From an uncultured Bacteroidia bacterium (lineage in GTDB: Bacteria > Bacteroidota > Bacteroidia > J057 > CALAJH01), in NCBI GenBank assembly GCA_937922655.1, contig CALAJH010000024.1:60151-124150 (forward strand): a stretch of DNA of 64,000 nt. Direction: 5' to 3'. Each line of letters opens with the position of its first letter. Within the stretch, counting starts at the first letter, position 1. The translations under genes and the position numbers were made by a program. The notes beneath the pieces were generated by a model. It did not search any database. It worked only from the letters and a program-made list of their open reading frames with translations, and had not been told where the DNA came from. This document shows, piece after piece, positions 9,060-18,174 of this stretch.

Positions 9060-10207
9060 CGATATGGTTGTGGATGTTTTGTACGCTTTTCGCGCAAAGT
9101 TGGACGTTTGAAGGACGGGAGTTTGTCGTCGAAACGGGTACCAAGCTTCAAATCCACGCCCCGCGCGTCGCCAAAGTTCCGATGAACTTCGCCGACGCGA
9201 TTTATTTCGACGCCGACGACTGGAAAACCTCCCTGAGCCGCAATCACCGCCCTCTTTCGGTAACGCTGGCCTTCACCTTCTACCCCAAAGACACGGCCAA
9301 ATGGTTTCGACCGCTTTTGGCCTCGCGTTTGCGGGCTATGGCGCGGCTCGATTCGTCGCTTTTTACCCCCGGCGTGCAATGGAAAATATTTTTCCAAACC
9401 GACGTCAAAAACGAAAAACACGCCCGAAAACTTTACCACGGCGCCCTTATCGAATACGAAAAAATCGTCCAAGATTCCGGGACGCCAAACGTCGGCTTCT
9501 TGTCCACGGCCAAGCTTCACCCCGCAATGGCCAATGTTTTGGACATCTTGAACGGTACGGCGGCCGTCGACGATTCGACGGTTTTCAAAGTCCTCGACCG
9601 CAACCCCGCATGGAACGACATGGTCGTCGTCGTCGATTTGACGGGCAGCATGTATCCGTATTCCGCACTGCTCATGCGTTGGTTGTACGTCCATCACGCC
9701 CAAGGAAAAATCAAGCACTTGGTGTTTTTCAACGACGGCGACGACCTTTTAAGACCCAAAAACGAAAAAAAAATCGGGGCGACGGGCGGAATTTATCACG
9801 TCAAACCCGACTCGATGCACACAATATTGACGGTAATGGAAAAAGCGATACGTTCGGGCGCAGGGGGCGACGTGCCGGAAAACAACCTCGAGGCGCTTTT
9901 GGCGGCCATCGAAAAATTCCCCGACCAAAAAGAGTACTACATGATTGCCGACAACCATGCCGCCGTGCGTGACATGGTTCTTTTGGACAAAATCAAAAAA
10001 CCCGTTCACGTGATTGTATGCCGGGCGCCCCATCGCTACGACGCCGTCTTGTCCGACTACGTCAAAATCGCGTGGAAAACCAAAGGAAGCATACAACTGA
10101 TGGAAAAATCGGTTTCGTTTGCCAAAGCCAATCCCACCGACAAATTCATTTACGTTCGCAAAGCAAAATATGAAATCGACCCTTACGAAAACTTTTATCG
10201 GAGATAG
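9056..10207 (+). CDS. secreted protein with C-terminal vWA-like domain
   Basis: Start ATG 9056 overlaps the LysE-family stop (ATGA). Signal-like MTIWLWMFCTLFAQ. MIDAS-like VVVVDLTGSM. The track ORF 8603.. is a 5' extension overlapping the previous gene. Confidence 0.6.
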   Translation: MTIWLWMFCTLFAQSWTFEGREFVVETGTKLQIHAPRVAKVPMNFADAIYFDADDWKTSLSRNHRPLSVTLAFTFYPKDTAKWFRPLLASRLRAMARLDSSLFTPGVQWKIFFQTDVKNEKHARKLYHGALIEYEKIVQDSGTPNVGFLSTAKLHPAMANVLDILNGTAAVDDSTVFKVLDRNPAWNDMVVVVDLTGSMYPYSALLMRWLYVHHAQGKIKHLVFFNDGDDLLRPKNEKKIGATGGIYHVKPDSMHTILTVMEKAIRSGAGGDVPENNLEALLAAIEKFPDQKEYYMIADNHAAVRDMVLLDKIKKPVHVIVCRAPHRYDAVLSDYVKIAWKTKGSIQLMEKSVSFAKANPTDKFIYVRKAKYEIDPYENFYRR

Positions 10208-10288
10208 TTGAAAAAGGGTGGAAAAATTTGGAAAAATGCGATTTTAAGACTATTTTCGCGTTAAGTTTAAGCCTTTGAATTGCCAACG

Positions 10289-10849
10289 ATGACAAACACC
10301 GAACTCAAACGTTTGTTCGAGTTTAAGACGGACCTCGAGCCGGCGGCGGGGCGGCTGTTGGTCGCCCACCCTTTGTTGGAAGACCCCAACTTTAGACGGA
10401 GCGTCGTTTTGCTCACCGAATACGGCCCGCACGGCGCGATGGGCTTCATTCTCAATTACCCGATTGAAACGGCGTTGATACCGGGCTTGCCGCCGACAAT
10501 CAATGAATTGCGTTGCGGAGGCCCCGTTGGCGAAGATTCGCTCTTTGTCATTCACAATTCGGAAGACGCTCCGGGCGCGATAAAAATTCTCGAAGGTTTG
10601 TACATCGGCGGGGACGTGCTGCACTTCGGACTAAGCGGAGCGGAAAGCGTCGCTTTTTTGGGCTACGCCGGATGGGGCCAACGCCAATTGGACGCCGAAA
10701 TTCGCGAAAACACGTGGGCCGTGTGCGAAGCCTCCCCCAACGACGTTTTTTTGGCCAACCCCGAAACCCTTTGGGAAGACGTCATGTGCCGAATCGACGA
10801 CAAACACGCCTACATGACCCTCTTCCCCAAAAATCCGCGGCTCAACTAG
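10289..10849 (+). CDS. YqgE/AlgH family (UPF0301) protein
   Basis: LLVAHPLLEDPNFRRSVVLLTEY...GFILN...GGPV... pattern of the AlgH family. Confidence 0.8.
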   Translation: MTNTELKRLFEFKTDLEPAAGRLLVAHPLLEDPNFRRSVVLLTEYGPHGAMGFILNYPIETALIPGLPPTINELRCGGPVGEDSLFVIHNSEDAPGAIKILEGLYIGGDVLHFGLSGAESVAFLGYAGWGQRQLDAEIRENTWAVCEASPNDVFLANPETLWEDVMCRIDDKHAYMTLFPKNPRLN

Positions 10850-10850
10850 T

Positions 10851-11474
10851 TCAGGCGTCCAAAACGTCCACGGGTCCCAAACCTTCGCGGACGATAAGCA
10901 TGTCGTCGCCCGTGCAGTCGATGACCGTCGAGGCAATCATGCCGCCCGCCCCGCCGTCGATGACATAGTCCACCTGTTTTTTATAACGCTCGTAAATAAG
11001 CTCGGCGTCGGTGGGGTAGCCCGTAAGCTCGTCGCGCAGACTCGTCGTTACCAAAGGGTTGCCCAACAAACGTACGATTTCCGTCGGTATTTTGTGGTCG
11101 ACCACCCGAATACCGACGGTTTTTTTGTCGGTCAGAAAAAAGTGAGGAATTTTTTTGGACGCTTTGAGAATGAAAGTATACGGCCCGGGCAAAAGACGCT
11201 TCATGGTTTTGTAGACGGGCGTGGAAACGCCGACGGCAAACTCTGAAATGATGCCCACGTTTTCGCAAATGCACGAAAAATGGGCCTTTTCCAAAGAAAC
11301 GCCTTTGATTTGAGCGATTTTTTCCAAACCTTTTTTGCTTTTTACGTCGCAACCCAGCGCGTAAACCGTATCCGTCGGGTAAATAATGACCCCGTCGTTT
11401 TGGAGAACGTCCACCACTTGTTGAATCAAGCGGGGCTGGGGATTGTCGGGGTTGATACGTAAGAGTTGGCCCAT
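10851..11474 (-). CDS. tsaC: L-threonylcarbamoyladenylate synthase (YrdC/TsaC type)
   Basis: From the internal Met: MGQLLRINPDNPQ...IIYPTDTVYALGCD...LLPGPYTFIL...GIRVVDH...TSLR. The 110-aa Arg-rich extension in the track ORF overlaps the next gene and is rejected. Confidence 0.85.
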   Translation of the reverse strand: MGQLLRINPDNPQPRLIQQVVDVLQNDGVIIYPTDTVYALGCDVKSKKGLEKIAQIKGVSLEKAHFSCICENVGIISEFAVGVSTPVYKTMKRLLPGPYTFILKASKKIPHFFLTDKKTVGIRVVDHKIPTEIVRLLGNPLVTTSLRDELTGYPTDAELIYERYKKQVDYVIDGGAGGMIASTVIDCTGDDMLIVREGLGPVDVLDA

Positions 11475-11482
11475 CAATCGAT

Positions 11483-12427
11483 TTATTTGAGTACGGCTTC
11501 GACAATTTTTTCGGGGGTCAATCCGTATTTGACGAGCAGGGCTTCGGGCGTGCCGCTTTCGCCGAACGAATCGTTGACGGCGACGATTTTCAAGGGCATG
11601 GGGTCGTTTTGTGCCAAAACGCCGGCAATCAGTTCGCCCAGTCCGCCGTATTTTTGATGTTCTTCGACAACGACGACGCGTCGGCTTTTTCGCGCGGCGT
11701 CCAATACGCCTTGTACGTCCAACGGCTTGACGGTATGAACGTTGACGACGGAAACGTCGCGTCCCTTGTCGGTCAAAATTTTTGCCGCCTCCAACGCCGC
11801 CCAAACCATGTGGCCGTTGGCGAAAACGGTGGCGAAATCGCCGTTGCGAAGCGTTTGAATTTTACCGACGACAAAATTTGGGTCTTCGTGAGGGGTGAAG
11901 TTGGGGACGACGGGCCGACCAAAACGCAAATAAGCCGGGCCGCGCATTTCGCCCAAGGCCAACGTTGCCAATCGGGTTTGGTGGTAATCGCAAGGAACGA
12001 CGACGGTCATGCCGGGCAACATTCGCATCATACCGACGTCTTCGAGTATTTGGTGGGTGGCGCCGTCTTCGCCGAGGGTCAGGCCCGCATGCGAGGCCGC
12101 GATTTTGACGTTCGCACCCGTGTAGCAGATGGATTGACGAATTTGGTCGTAGACGCGGCCCGTAGCGAAATTGGCGAACGTTCCCGCAAAAGGAATAAAG
12201 CCGCTTTGCGCCAAACCCGCCGCCACCCCCATCATATTGGCTTCCGCCACCCCGCATTGAAAAAAACGCTCGGGAAATTCGGCCTTGAAACCGTCCATTT
12301 TCACCGAAGCCGTCAAATCGGCACACAACGCGACAACCTTGCCGTTCCTGCGTCCAAGCTCGACGAGTCCGGCGCCAAAACCCGAACGCGTGTCCTTCGA
12401 CCCCAAATTGATGTATTCGCCGTTCAT
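11483..12427 (-). CDS. transketolase, C-terminal (pyrimidine-binding) subunit
   Basis: FFQCGVAEANMMGVAAGLA...ASHAGLTLGEDGATHQ...VVPCD... typical of the split-transketolase C subunit. No N-terminal TPP subunit gene is adjacent. Confidence 0.85.
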   Translation of the reverse strand: MNGEYINLGSKDTRSGFGAGLVELGRRNGKVVALCADLTASVKMDGFKAEFPERFFQCGVAEANMMGVAAGLAQSGFIPFAGTFANFATGRVYDQIRQSICYTGANVKIAASHAGLTLGEDGATHQILEDVGMMRMLPGMTVVVPCDYHQTRLATLALGEMRGPAYLRFGRPVVPNFTPHEDPNFVVGKIQTLRNGDFATVFANGHMVWAALEAAKILTDKGRDVSVVNVHTVKPLDVQGVLDAARKSRRVVVVEEHQKYGGLGELIAGVLAQNDPMPLKIVAVNDSFGESGTPEALLVKYGLTPEKIVEAVLK

Positions 12428-12434
12428 TGCGTCG

Positions 12435-12442
12435 CAAAGTTA
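12435..12442 (-). promoter_or_regulatory. -7 promoter box TAACTTTG, 7 nt before the transketolase-subunit ATG
   Basis: Reverse complement of caaagtta at 12435-12442. Perfect TAnnTTTG. Confidence 0.4.
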
Positions 12443-12550
12443 CGACTATTCGCCGCATTTTGACCTTTGTAAACGCATTTGTCCGCTTTGGAATCGAAAA
12501 ACACGGACTTTACTTTGCGAATCGAAAATTTTTGGCGTAATTGCAAAGCT

Positions 12551-13195
12551 ATGAAATTTTCAGGTTGGTGGTTGGCGACCGCAATCGCACTCGGTGCGTG
12601 CGCCGGGCAGGAAAATACGGACAACGCGAGTAGAACGCGAAAACGCAAACACATATACGACGCGGAAATTCACCGCGAGGCCCGCACGACGGATACGGCC
12701 AAAGTGGCATTCAAAGCCCGGCTCGATTCGCTTTTCGGCGACAGCGCCGCCGTCGTTTTAACCCCCGTTACCGAAAGCACGCTCGACTCCATGGGCTTGG
12801 ACAGTTCGTTCTACAAAAAATACGCCAATTACAACTGGTACGCCGCAACCATGCTCGACCCCGGCGTCCAACTACCCTTCGACCCCAAAGACCCCGACCC
12901 CGCCATCGACGCCTTTATCGAGGCTACCGAAGAACCCCGGCCCCTCAACCTCGACAAAGTCCTCGCCTCCATCGTTTACCCCGAAGCCGCCAAAGCCGAC
13001 GGCGTCGCGGGAAAAGTGCAAGTCAAAATTCTCATCAACACCGACGGTTACGCCAAAGACTTTTACGTCCGACGCTCACCCGACATTCGCCTGACCCACG
13101 CGGTCTTGGAAAAATGCCGGTTTTTGCACTACCGCCCCGCCATGCTCGACAGCATACCCGTCAAAGCATGGGTGAACGTTTCCTATACCTTTTAA
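12551..13195 (+). CDS. lipoprotein with TonB-like C-terminal domain
   Basis: Lipobox MKFSGWWLATAIALGAC. C-terminal ~80 aa (YPEAAKADGVAGKVQVKILINTDG...VKAWVNVSYTF) resemble the TonB_C fold. Confidence 0.55.
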   Translation: MKFSGWWLATAIALGACAGQENTDNASRTRKRKHIYDAEIHREARTTDTAKVAFKARLDSLFGDSAAVVLTPVTESTLDSMGLDSSFYKKYANYNWYAATMLDPGVQLPFDPKDPDPAIDAFIEATEEPRPLNLDKVLASIVYPEAAKADGVAGKVQVKILINTDGYAKDFYVRRSPDIRLTHAVLEKCRFLHYRPAMLDSIPVKAWVNVSYTF

Positions 13196-13199
13196 ATAC

Positions 13200-13229
13200 G
13201 AGGAAGGGCGGATGCATCCGCCCTTCCTC
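13200..13229. terminator. perfect 30-bp palindrome (hairpin) after the TonB-like gene
   Basis: gaggaagggcggatg/catccgcccttcctc, 5 nt after the stop. No U-tract, so terminator function is uncertain. Confidence 0.5.
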
Positions 13230-13412
13230 GCCCTGTGCCATTTCAATGTCTTTGCAGGGGCAAATTTAGCTTCAACTATTCCCGTCTCTCCGTTTTTTTC
13301 GACGAACGTCCGATTTTTGCCGTTAAATCAAACCCAAAGTTTTTCGGCGCCGGCGCAAACACCGGGTATGCCGGTTCGAAGACGCGCCTCCCTACCTCAT
13401 CCTTCGTTGTCG

Positions 13413-16400
13413 CTACCTTAATATCGTAACCGACCCTTTGCGCGAAAACGTGTAGTCGATACGGTAAAGATGTTTACCGTCCACGTTGTAAAAATAAACG
13501 CCTTCGGGACAAGGACGGTCAAGGTCGTTGTCGTACCCCCCGTTCCAAAGTTTGTCTTGGTCTCCCGAAAACACCCGGTGCCCCCAACGGTTGTAAACGT
13601 TGATTTTATATTCGTAGCCGCTTATGTTAAGTTTGAAAAGGTCGTTGAGTCCGTCGTTGTTGGGAGTGAAAACGTTGGGAATGCCGAAAACGTCGGGTTC
13701 GCGCACCGACACCCAAACACGATGCGTGCTTAGACAACCGTCGGCGCTGCGCACGGTCAAATCCACGGCGTAACGTCCCTTTTGAGGAAAATCCACGGAA
13801 TCGGGGTTGGCGACCAAAGCCTCGGACGGCGTTGCCCCTTCAAATTGCCAACGGAAAGTTTCGGCGTTTTCACTCGCACTCGAAAACAAAACTTTCGTTT
13901 TCGGAATGGTCAAAAACACCGTATCGGTTTTGCCGTACCAATTTTCACCGTTGACGGCAATCATGGCCCGGGATTGGGGCGCGACGCGCACGGCGCTTTC
14001 CAAGGCGAACGTACTGTCGCAATCGTCGGTGTTGACCACGCGCAAACGTACCGTATACACGCCCGCTTTTTCGTAAGTGTGCCGGGCGCCCCCCATGTCG
14101 GAATCAAAATACGCGACGTTGCCATCGCCAAAGTCCCAATGCCATTGCACCAATTCTTCCCGGGGCTGCGACAAATCGGTGAAATTGACCGTTGCAGGTT
14201 CGCACAACGACGACGGATTGACGACGATAAACGCCGGACGCGGACGTTCGGTAATCAAGACCGTTGTTTGGTCGTCGTCGTAACACAACTTTTCTCCCGT
14301 CGGATTTGTCGTCCACCCCCGCAAACTTATCGTATACAAGCCGGGGCGGTCGAAGAATATCCTCGGCGACGGCTCGTTGCGGGTTTCTCCGTTGAGGTTC
14401 CATTCCCAAATCGAAACGTTTTCCCCGCTTGCGGCAAAACGAATCGGCCTTTTGGCGCAAGACGTTTCCCCAAAGGTGGTGATTTGCACCGACGGCGGCG
14501 GATAAACGACAATATACGAGGTTTTGACGACGGGGTTCAATATTTGTCCCTGTGCGTTGCGAACAATTAGCGTAACGGTGTAACTTCCGGATTGGGTATA
14601 TTCGTGGGTTACCGTCGGCACGTCGGTGGTTTGTTGGGTCCCGTCGCCAAATTCCCAAATAAATTGCGGATTAGGAAAATGTTGGGAAACGGTGGCGGTA
14701 AAAGTGGCGGTCAACGTGCCGCAACTTTCTCGGGGCGTGGCGGAAAAATCCGATTCGTAGGTAGCGGGAATTTCGGTAACGGTAACGACGATGGGATTGT
14801 CGCAAGGCCCGGCGGTACAACCGTTGGCGTCGACGACGCTCAGGGTTACGTTGTACGTTCCCGAACCGCCGAAAGACACGGTTTCGCTGATGGAGTTTTG
14901 ATTGGTTTCTCCGGTTTTGGTCATACCGTTGCCAAGGTTCCATGTATAGGTATAAGGAGGTGTACCGCCGGAAACGCCGCCCGTAAGGGTCGTTGTCCCG
15001 CCCAATTCTTGGGTTATGGTCGTTGCGGGACAAGAGACCGTCGGCCGGGGATACACGGTATAGTCAAATTCAATGGAGGTAAAATCCGAAGCGGGGGCGG
15101 CACAGGGATAATCGGAATTAAGTTCGACGAAAACGACGTCGCCGTTGTTCACGGGGCCTTCGTAGATTTGGGAGCCGCCCAAAACGGGAAAGGTTCCGAG
15201 GGTGGAAACGATTCCGGCGGCGTTGCGTTTTTTCCATGTAAGGGTGGCGCCTTCGCCGGCGTTGAGGGTCGTGGCCAAAAGCGCGGCCGCAAGCGGGGCG
15301 CAACCCGTGCGTTCGCTCAACGAAATCAACGAAACGTTGATTTCCAAGAGCGGCAAAATTTGCAAGGTAACGGACGTATCGACACTCCAACCGCCGCAAG
15401 CCGTCCGTACCCGCAACATCACCTTATACGTTCCCAACTCCAAATTTTGTCCGGCGGGCGGAAAAAGAATCGAGGCGGCGGCGGATTGGTAATTGTAATT
15501 GCCGGGGCCCGTGACCGTCCATTGTTGTTCGAGGATGGGGGCGCCGTCGTCGGTGGCGGCGGTGAGGGTTTGGGAGGCGCCGGCGCATACCGCCCCCGAC
15601 GTTGGCGCGTTCAATATCTGCGGCAGCGAACAGCGCGCGTCCAAATCCAAGAAATACGTATATTGATACGGGATGCCGTCGACGGTCAGAACGAGGGTTT
15701 TGTAACCGCCGGAGACAAAGACGAAGGTCGCCGTCGGGCCCGTTGCGGTCAAGGGAATGGAGCTTCCGTCGGCCCATGCCCATGAATAAACCGAGGTTGG
15801 AGACGGATTGGAAATCGAAAAAAATATTTCGGAATTGTAGCATCCGGTGGATTGAACGGAAACGGCGGGCGTAGGTACAAATTGATTGAATATGGAGGGA
15901 GAAACGGGATTGGGGCCGAGGTTTTGATAAAAGGCTGCGGCTTGTCCGTCGGCGCCTTTTCCGCCGTCGCCGCCTCGTCCACCGTTTTGTCCTTGCGAAC
16001 CATTTCCACCGCGTCCACCTTCGCATCCGGCGGCGCAGCCGGGTTGAGCGCAATCGAAACCGCCGGGGCCGCCGGCGCCGCCTTGTCCGCCGGGTTTGCC
16101 AAAAGATTTTTGGCCTCCGACGCTTGGGGGTTGGATATTGACGAAACAGTCGCGAATGGCGCCGCCGGCGCCGTTGTCCCAGAGAAAAATACCAAAGGTT
16201 CCGCCGCCGCCGGTACCGGCGATTCCTCCTCCGCCGCCTTCACCGCCCTCTCCTCCTCCTCCTCCTCCTCCACCCGGACTGCTGCGGTTAGAGCCGATAA
16301 TGGTGTTGCCGGCGTAAGTAACAAGAGGGACGTGGGCAATGGCTCCGCCGCCTCCGCCGCCTCCGCCGCCGGCGCCGTGCATTCCCCGCGTACCGTTTTG

Positions 16401-17489
16401 ACCGTCTCCGGGGACGAAAAAGCCGCCGGAAAAAGTGGCGACGCCGTCGGCGCCGTCGATGCCGTCGGGAGCGGTTCCCGCATTACCCGGCGCCGATTCG
16501 CCGCCCAGATACAACTGAAAATCGCAATTTTCGATGGAAAGCGCAAAATCACCGGCGGTAACGGCCATGTTCGCGGTATAGGGGCCGGTACAGGGAATGC
16601 CGTAGGTGCCGTCGTTAACGAAGTCGAGGTCGTTGCCGGCGTTTCCACCGGCGCCGCCCGTAAGACCGGGTTCGGCCGAACCCGCTTCGCCGTCTTGGGC
16701 GGGAACGAGCGGAATGAGGTCGTTGCAGATGGAAGGATAATTGCCCGTGGGAATGAGGGGGATGGCAAGGGTGTTTTGGGTGTTGGGGGCGTAACTTCCG
16801 CCATTGCCGCCGTTGCCGCCACGCGCTATGCCACCGAAATCGGCCGACCAACTCAAACCGCCGGCGCCGCCAAAATTGTTTTTGAGCGACGGGGGGGGCA
16901 CGGGTTCACATCGGCGACATCCTTCGCCGCCCATCGCACCGGGGGCGCCGTCGCGTCCATTTTGACCGTCAATGCCGTCGCGTCCGTCGGTGGGCCTGCC
17001 CACAATAATCCGAAGCCGCGCAAGGTCGTAATTCGAACAACCGCGCATGTACACGCCATAGGTCGAAACGCCGTGACCGTTTACGTTCACGTCCGCGTCC
17101 TGCACGCGTATGGTCATATCACGCAAAGAAAAATTGGAGATATTGACGCAGCTGACGGCCGTCAGACGAAAGGGGCCGCCGGCCTCGGTATTGGAGTTGG
17201 TGCGGTAAAGGTCGGTAATGCCGTTGGACGATTTATTCCAAGTCACGGGGTCGTAACCGCCTTCGAGGTGTCGTCCGGAGGTCATGACCAAGGGATTGTT
17301 GAGGGTGTAAAGCCCGACGGCCAAACGTATTCCGACCCCTGCGGGCATGGTTAAGGCGTTCTGAAGGGTGGTTACGGGTCCCGGAGCCGTCCCCGTTCCA
17401 TCGGGCGTAACATATACGTATTGTTCGTTGGGGCACTGGGCAAAAACGGATACGCACCCTAGCGCCCACATTAAAATGGCTTTCCGCAT
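13413..17489 (-). CDS. 1358-aa T9SS type B cargo: N-terminal module, Gly-rich/collagen-like core, PKD-like Ig array, gliding-motility-type C-terminal domain
   Basis: Signal MRKAILMWALGCVSVFAQ (ATG 17489). Several PKD signatures (WNLGNG..., WEFGDGT..., WDFGDGN...). C-terminus FGIPNVFTPNNDGLNDLFKL...YNRWGHRVF...WNG...GVYFY matches the type B sorting domain. Confidence 0.8.
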   Translation of the reverse strand: MRKAILMWALGCVSVFAQCPNEQYVYVTPDGTGTAPGPVTTLQNALTMPAGVGIRLAVGLYTLNNPLVMTSGRHLEGGYDPVTWNKSSNGITDLYRTNSNTEAGGPFRLTAVSCVNISNFSLRDMTIRVQDADVNVNGHGVSTYGVYMRGCSNYDLARLRIIVGRPTDGRDGIDGQNGRDGAPGAMGGEGCRRCEPVPPPSLKNNFGGAGGLSWSADFGGIARGGNGGNGGSYAPNTQNTLAIPLIPTGNYPSICNDLIPLVPAQDGEAGSAEPGLTGGAGGNAGNDLDFVNDGTYGIPCTGPYTANMAVTAGDFALSIENCDFQLYLGGESAPGNAGTAPDGIDGADGVATFSGGFFVPGDGQNGTRGMHGAGGGGGGGGGAIAHVPLVTYAGNTIIGSNRSSPGGGGGGGGEGGEGGGGGIAGTGGGGTFGIFLWDNGAGGAIRDCFVNIQPPSVGGQKSFGKPGGQGGAGGPGGFDCAQPGCAAGCEGGRGGNGSQGQNGGRGGDGGKGADGQAAAFYQNLGPNPVSPSIFNQFVPTPAVSVQSTGCYNSEIFFSISNPSPTSVYSWAWADGSSIPLTATGPTATFVFVSGGYKTLVLTVDGIPYQYTYFLDLDARCSLPQILNAPTSGAVCAGASQTLTAATDDGAPILEQQWTVTGPGNYNYQSAAASILFPPAGQNLELGTYKVMLRVRTACGGWSVDTSVTLQILPLLEINVSLISLSERTGCAPLAAALLATTLNAGEGATLTWKKRNAAGIVSTLGTFPVLGGSQIYEGPVNNGDVVFVELNSDYPCAAPASDFTSIEFDYTVYPRPTVSCPATTITQELGGTTTLTGGVSGGTPPYTYTWNLGNGMTKTGETNQNSISETVSFGGSGTYNVTLSVVDANGCTAGPCDNPIVVTVTEIPATYESDFSATPRESCGTLTATFTATVSQHFPNPQFIWEFGDGTQQTTDVPTVTHEYTQSGSYTVTLIVRNAQGQILNPVVKTSYIVVYPPPSVQITTFGETSCAKRPIRFAASGENVSIWEWNLNGETRNEPSPRIFFDRPGLYTISLRGWTTNPTGEKLCYDDDQTTVLITERPRPAFIVVNPSSLCEPATVNFTDLSQPREELVQWHWDFGDGNVAYFDSDMGGARHTYEKAGVYTVRLRVVNTDDCDSTFALESAVRVAPQSRAMIAVNGENWYGKTDTVFLTIPKTKVLFSSASENAETFRWQFEGATPSEALVANPDSVDFPQKGRYAVDLTVRSADGCLSTHRVWVSVREPDVFGIPNVFTPNNDGLNDLFKLNISGYEYKINVYNRWGHRVFSGDQDKLWNGGYDNDLDRPCPEGVYFYNVDGKHLYRIDYTFSRKGSVTILR
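16251..16271 (-). repeat. (TCC)7 trinucleotide repeat, read as (GGA)7, encoding poly-Gly
   Basis: Seven perfect TCC units read directly from the + strand, inside the Gly-rich core. Confidence 0.9.
16344..16370 (-). repeat. 3 perfect tandem copies of the 9-mer TCCGCCGCC (encodes G9)
   Basis: tccgccgcc x3 read directly. In frame within HGAGGGGGGGGGAIAH. Confidence 0.9.
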
Positions 17490-17527
17490 TACGTTGGCTT
17501 TTCGGGGGTAAAGATACGGAAAATTTT

Positions 17528-18100
17528 TCAAGCGCCGTAAAATCCCCTCGTGCGAATATATTCCAACGCTTTTTCCGGAACCATATACTTGACCGATTTT
17601 CCGGCTGCCATCAGTTCGCGGATTTGCGTGGCGGAGATATCCAACATGGGTGCGTTCAACGTTTTAACGTTGGAGTAGTCGTGAGGCGGAGGCTCGGCGC
17701 CCGAACGCGGATAGACCAATATTGGATAATGTTCAACGATGACCTCGTATTTTTTCCATTTGTGCAAGGTCGCAAGATTATCCCCCCCCATCAACAAACA
17801 AAATTCGTACTTGGGATGGCGAAGGGTAAGGGCCGTCAACGTGTCTATGGTATAGGAAGGCCGGGGAAGGGAAAACTCAATGTTGGTGGGGCGGATATCG
17901 TCCCGGTCTTCGAGGGCCAGTTCGCACAAACGCAATCTATCGTAGGCGTTGAGCAGGGATTTTTTGTCTTTGTGGGGATTGTGGGGGGAAACGACCAACC
18001 AAACCTGTTTACAATCGGTTTCGTTGAGCACCGATTGCGCCAATATCAAATGCCCGACGTGAACGGGGTTGAACGAACCGAAAAACAGCGCGACTTTCAT
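17528..18100 (-). CDS. nadD: nicotinate-nucleotide adenylyltransferase
   Basis: MKVALFFGSFNPVHVGHL... (HxGH motif) and the ISATQIR C-terminal motif. ATG 18100. Confidence 0.9.
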   Translation of the reverse strand: MKVALFFGSFNPVHVGHLILAQSVLNETDCKQVWLVVSPHNPHKDKKSLLNAYDRLRLCELALEDRDDIRPTNIEFSLPRPSYTIDTLTALTLRHPKYEFCLLMGGDNLATLHKWKKYEVIVEHYPILVYPRSGAEPPPHDYSNVKTLNAPMLDISATQIRELMAAGKSVKYMVPEKALEYIRTRGFYGA

Positions 18101-18174
18101 GATGCAAACGCCTGTTGAAATTTCATTCCCGCCGTGCAAACGCGTCGGTAAAAATTCGTTTTCGAACGCAAAGA

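Noticed and set aside
11475-11804. 110-aa N-terminal extension of the tsaC ORF, and similar 5' extensions at 8603..9055, 28027..28185, 40219..40569, 60618..60662 and 17490..17531
   Set aside because: The extensions start at non-ATG codons or run through the neighbouring gene or a promoter box. They are Arg-rich or lack signal peptides. Internal ATGs give canonical N-termini.
13340-13400. GGTTCGAA (T-loop-like) at 13373-13380, suggesting a tRNA
   Set aside because: The flanking bases cannot form a 5-bp T-stem (gccgg versus acgcg). No acceptor or anticodon arms could be drawn.
14592-17354. Two long + strand ORFs (14592..15785 and 15852..17354) opposite the giant T9SS cargo gene
   Set aside because: They are antisense shadows. 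The minus strand encodes PKD signatures, a signal peptide and a T9SS sorting domain, while the + strand products are low-complexity Gly/Arg/Ala strings.
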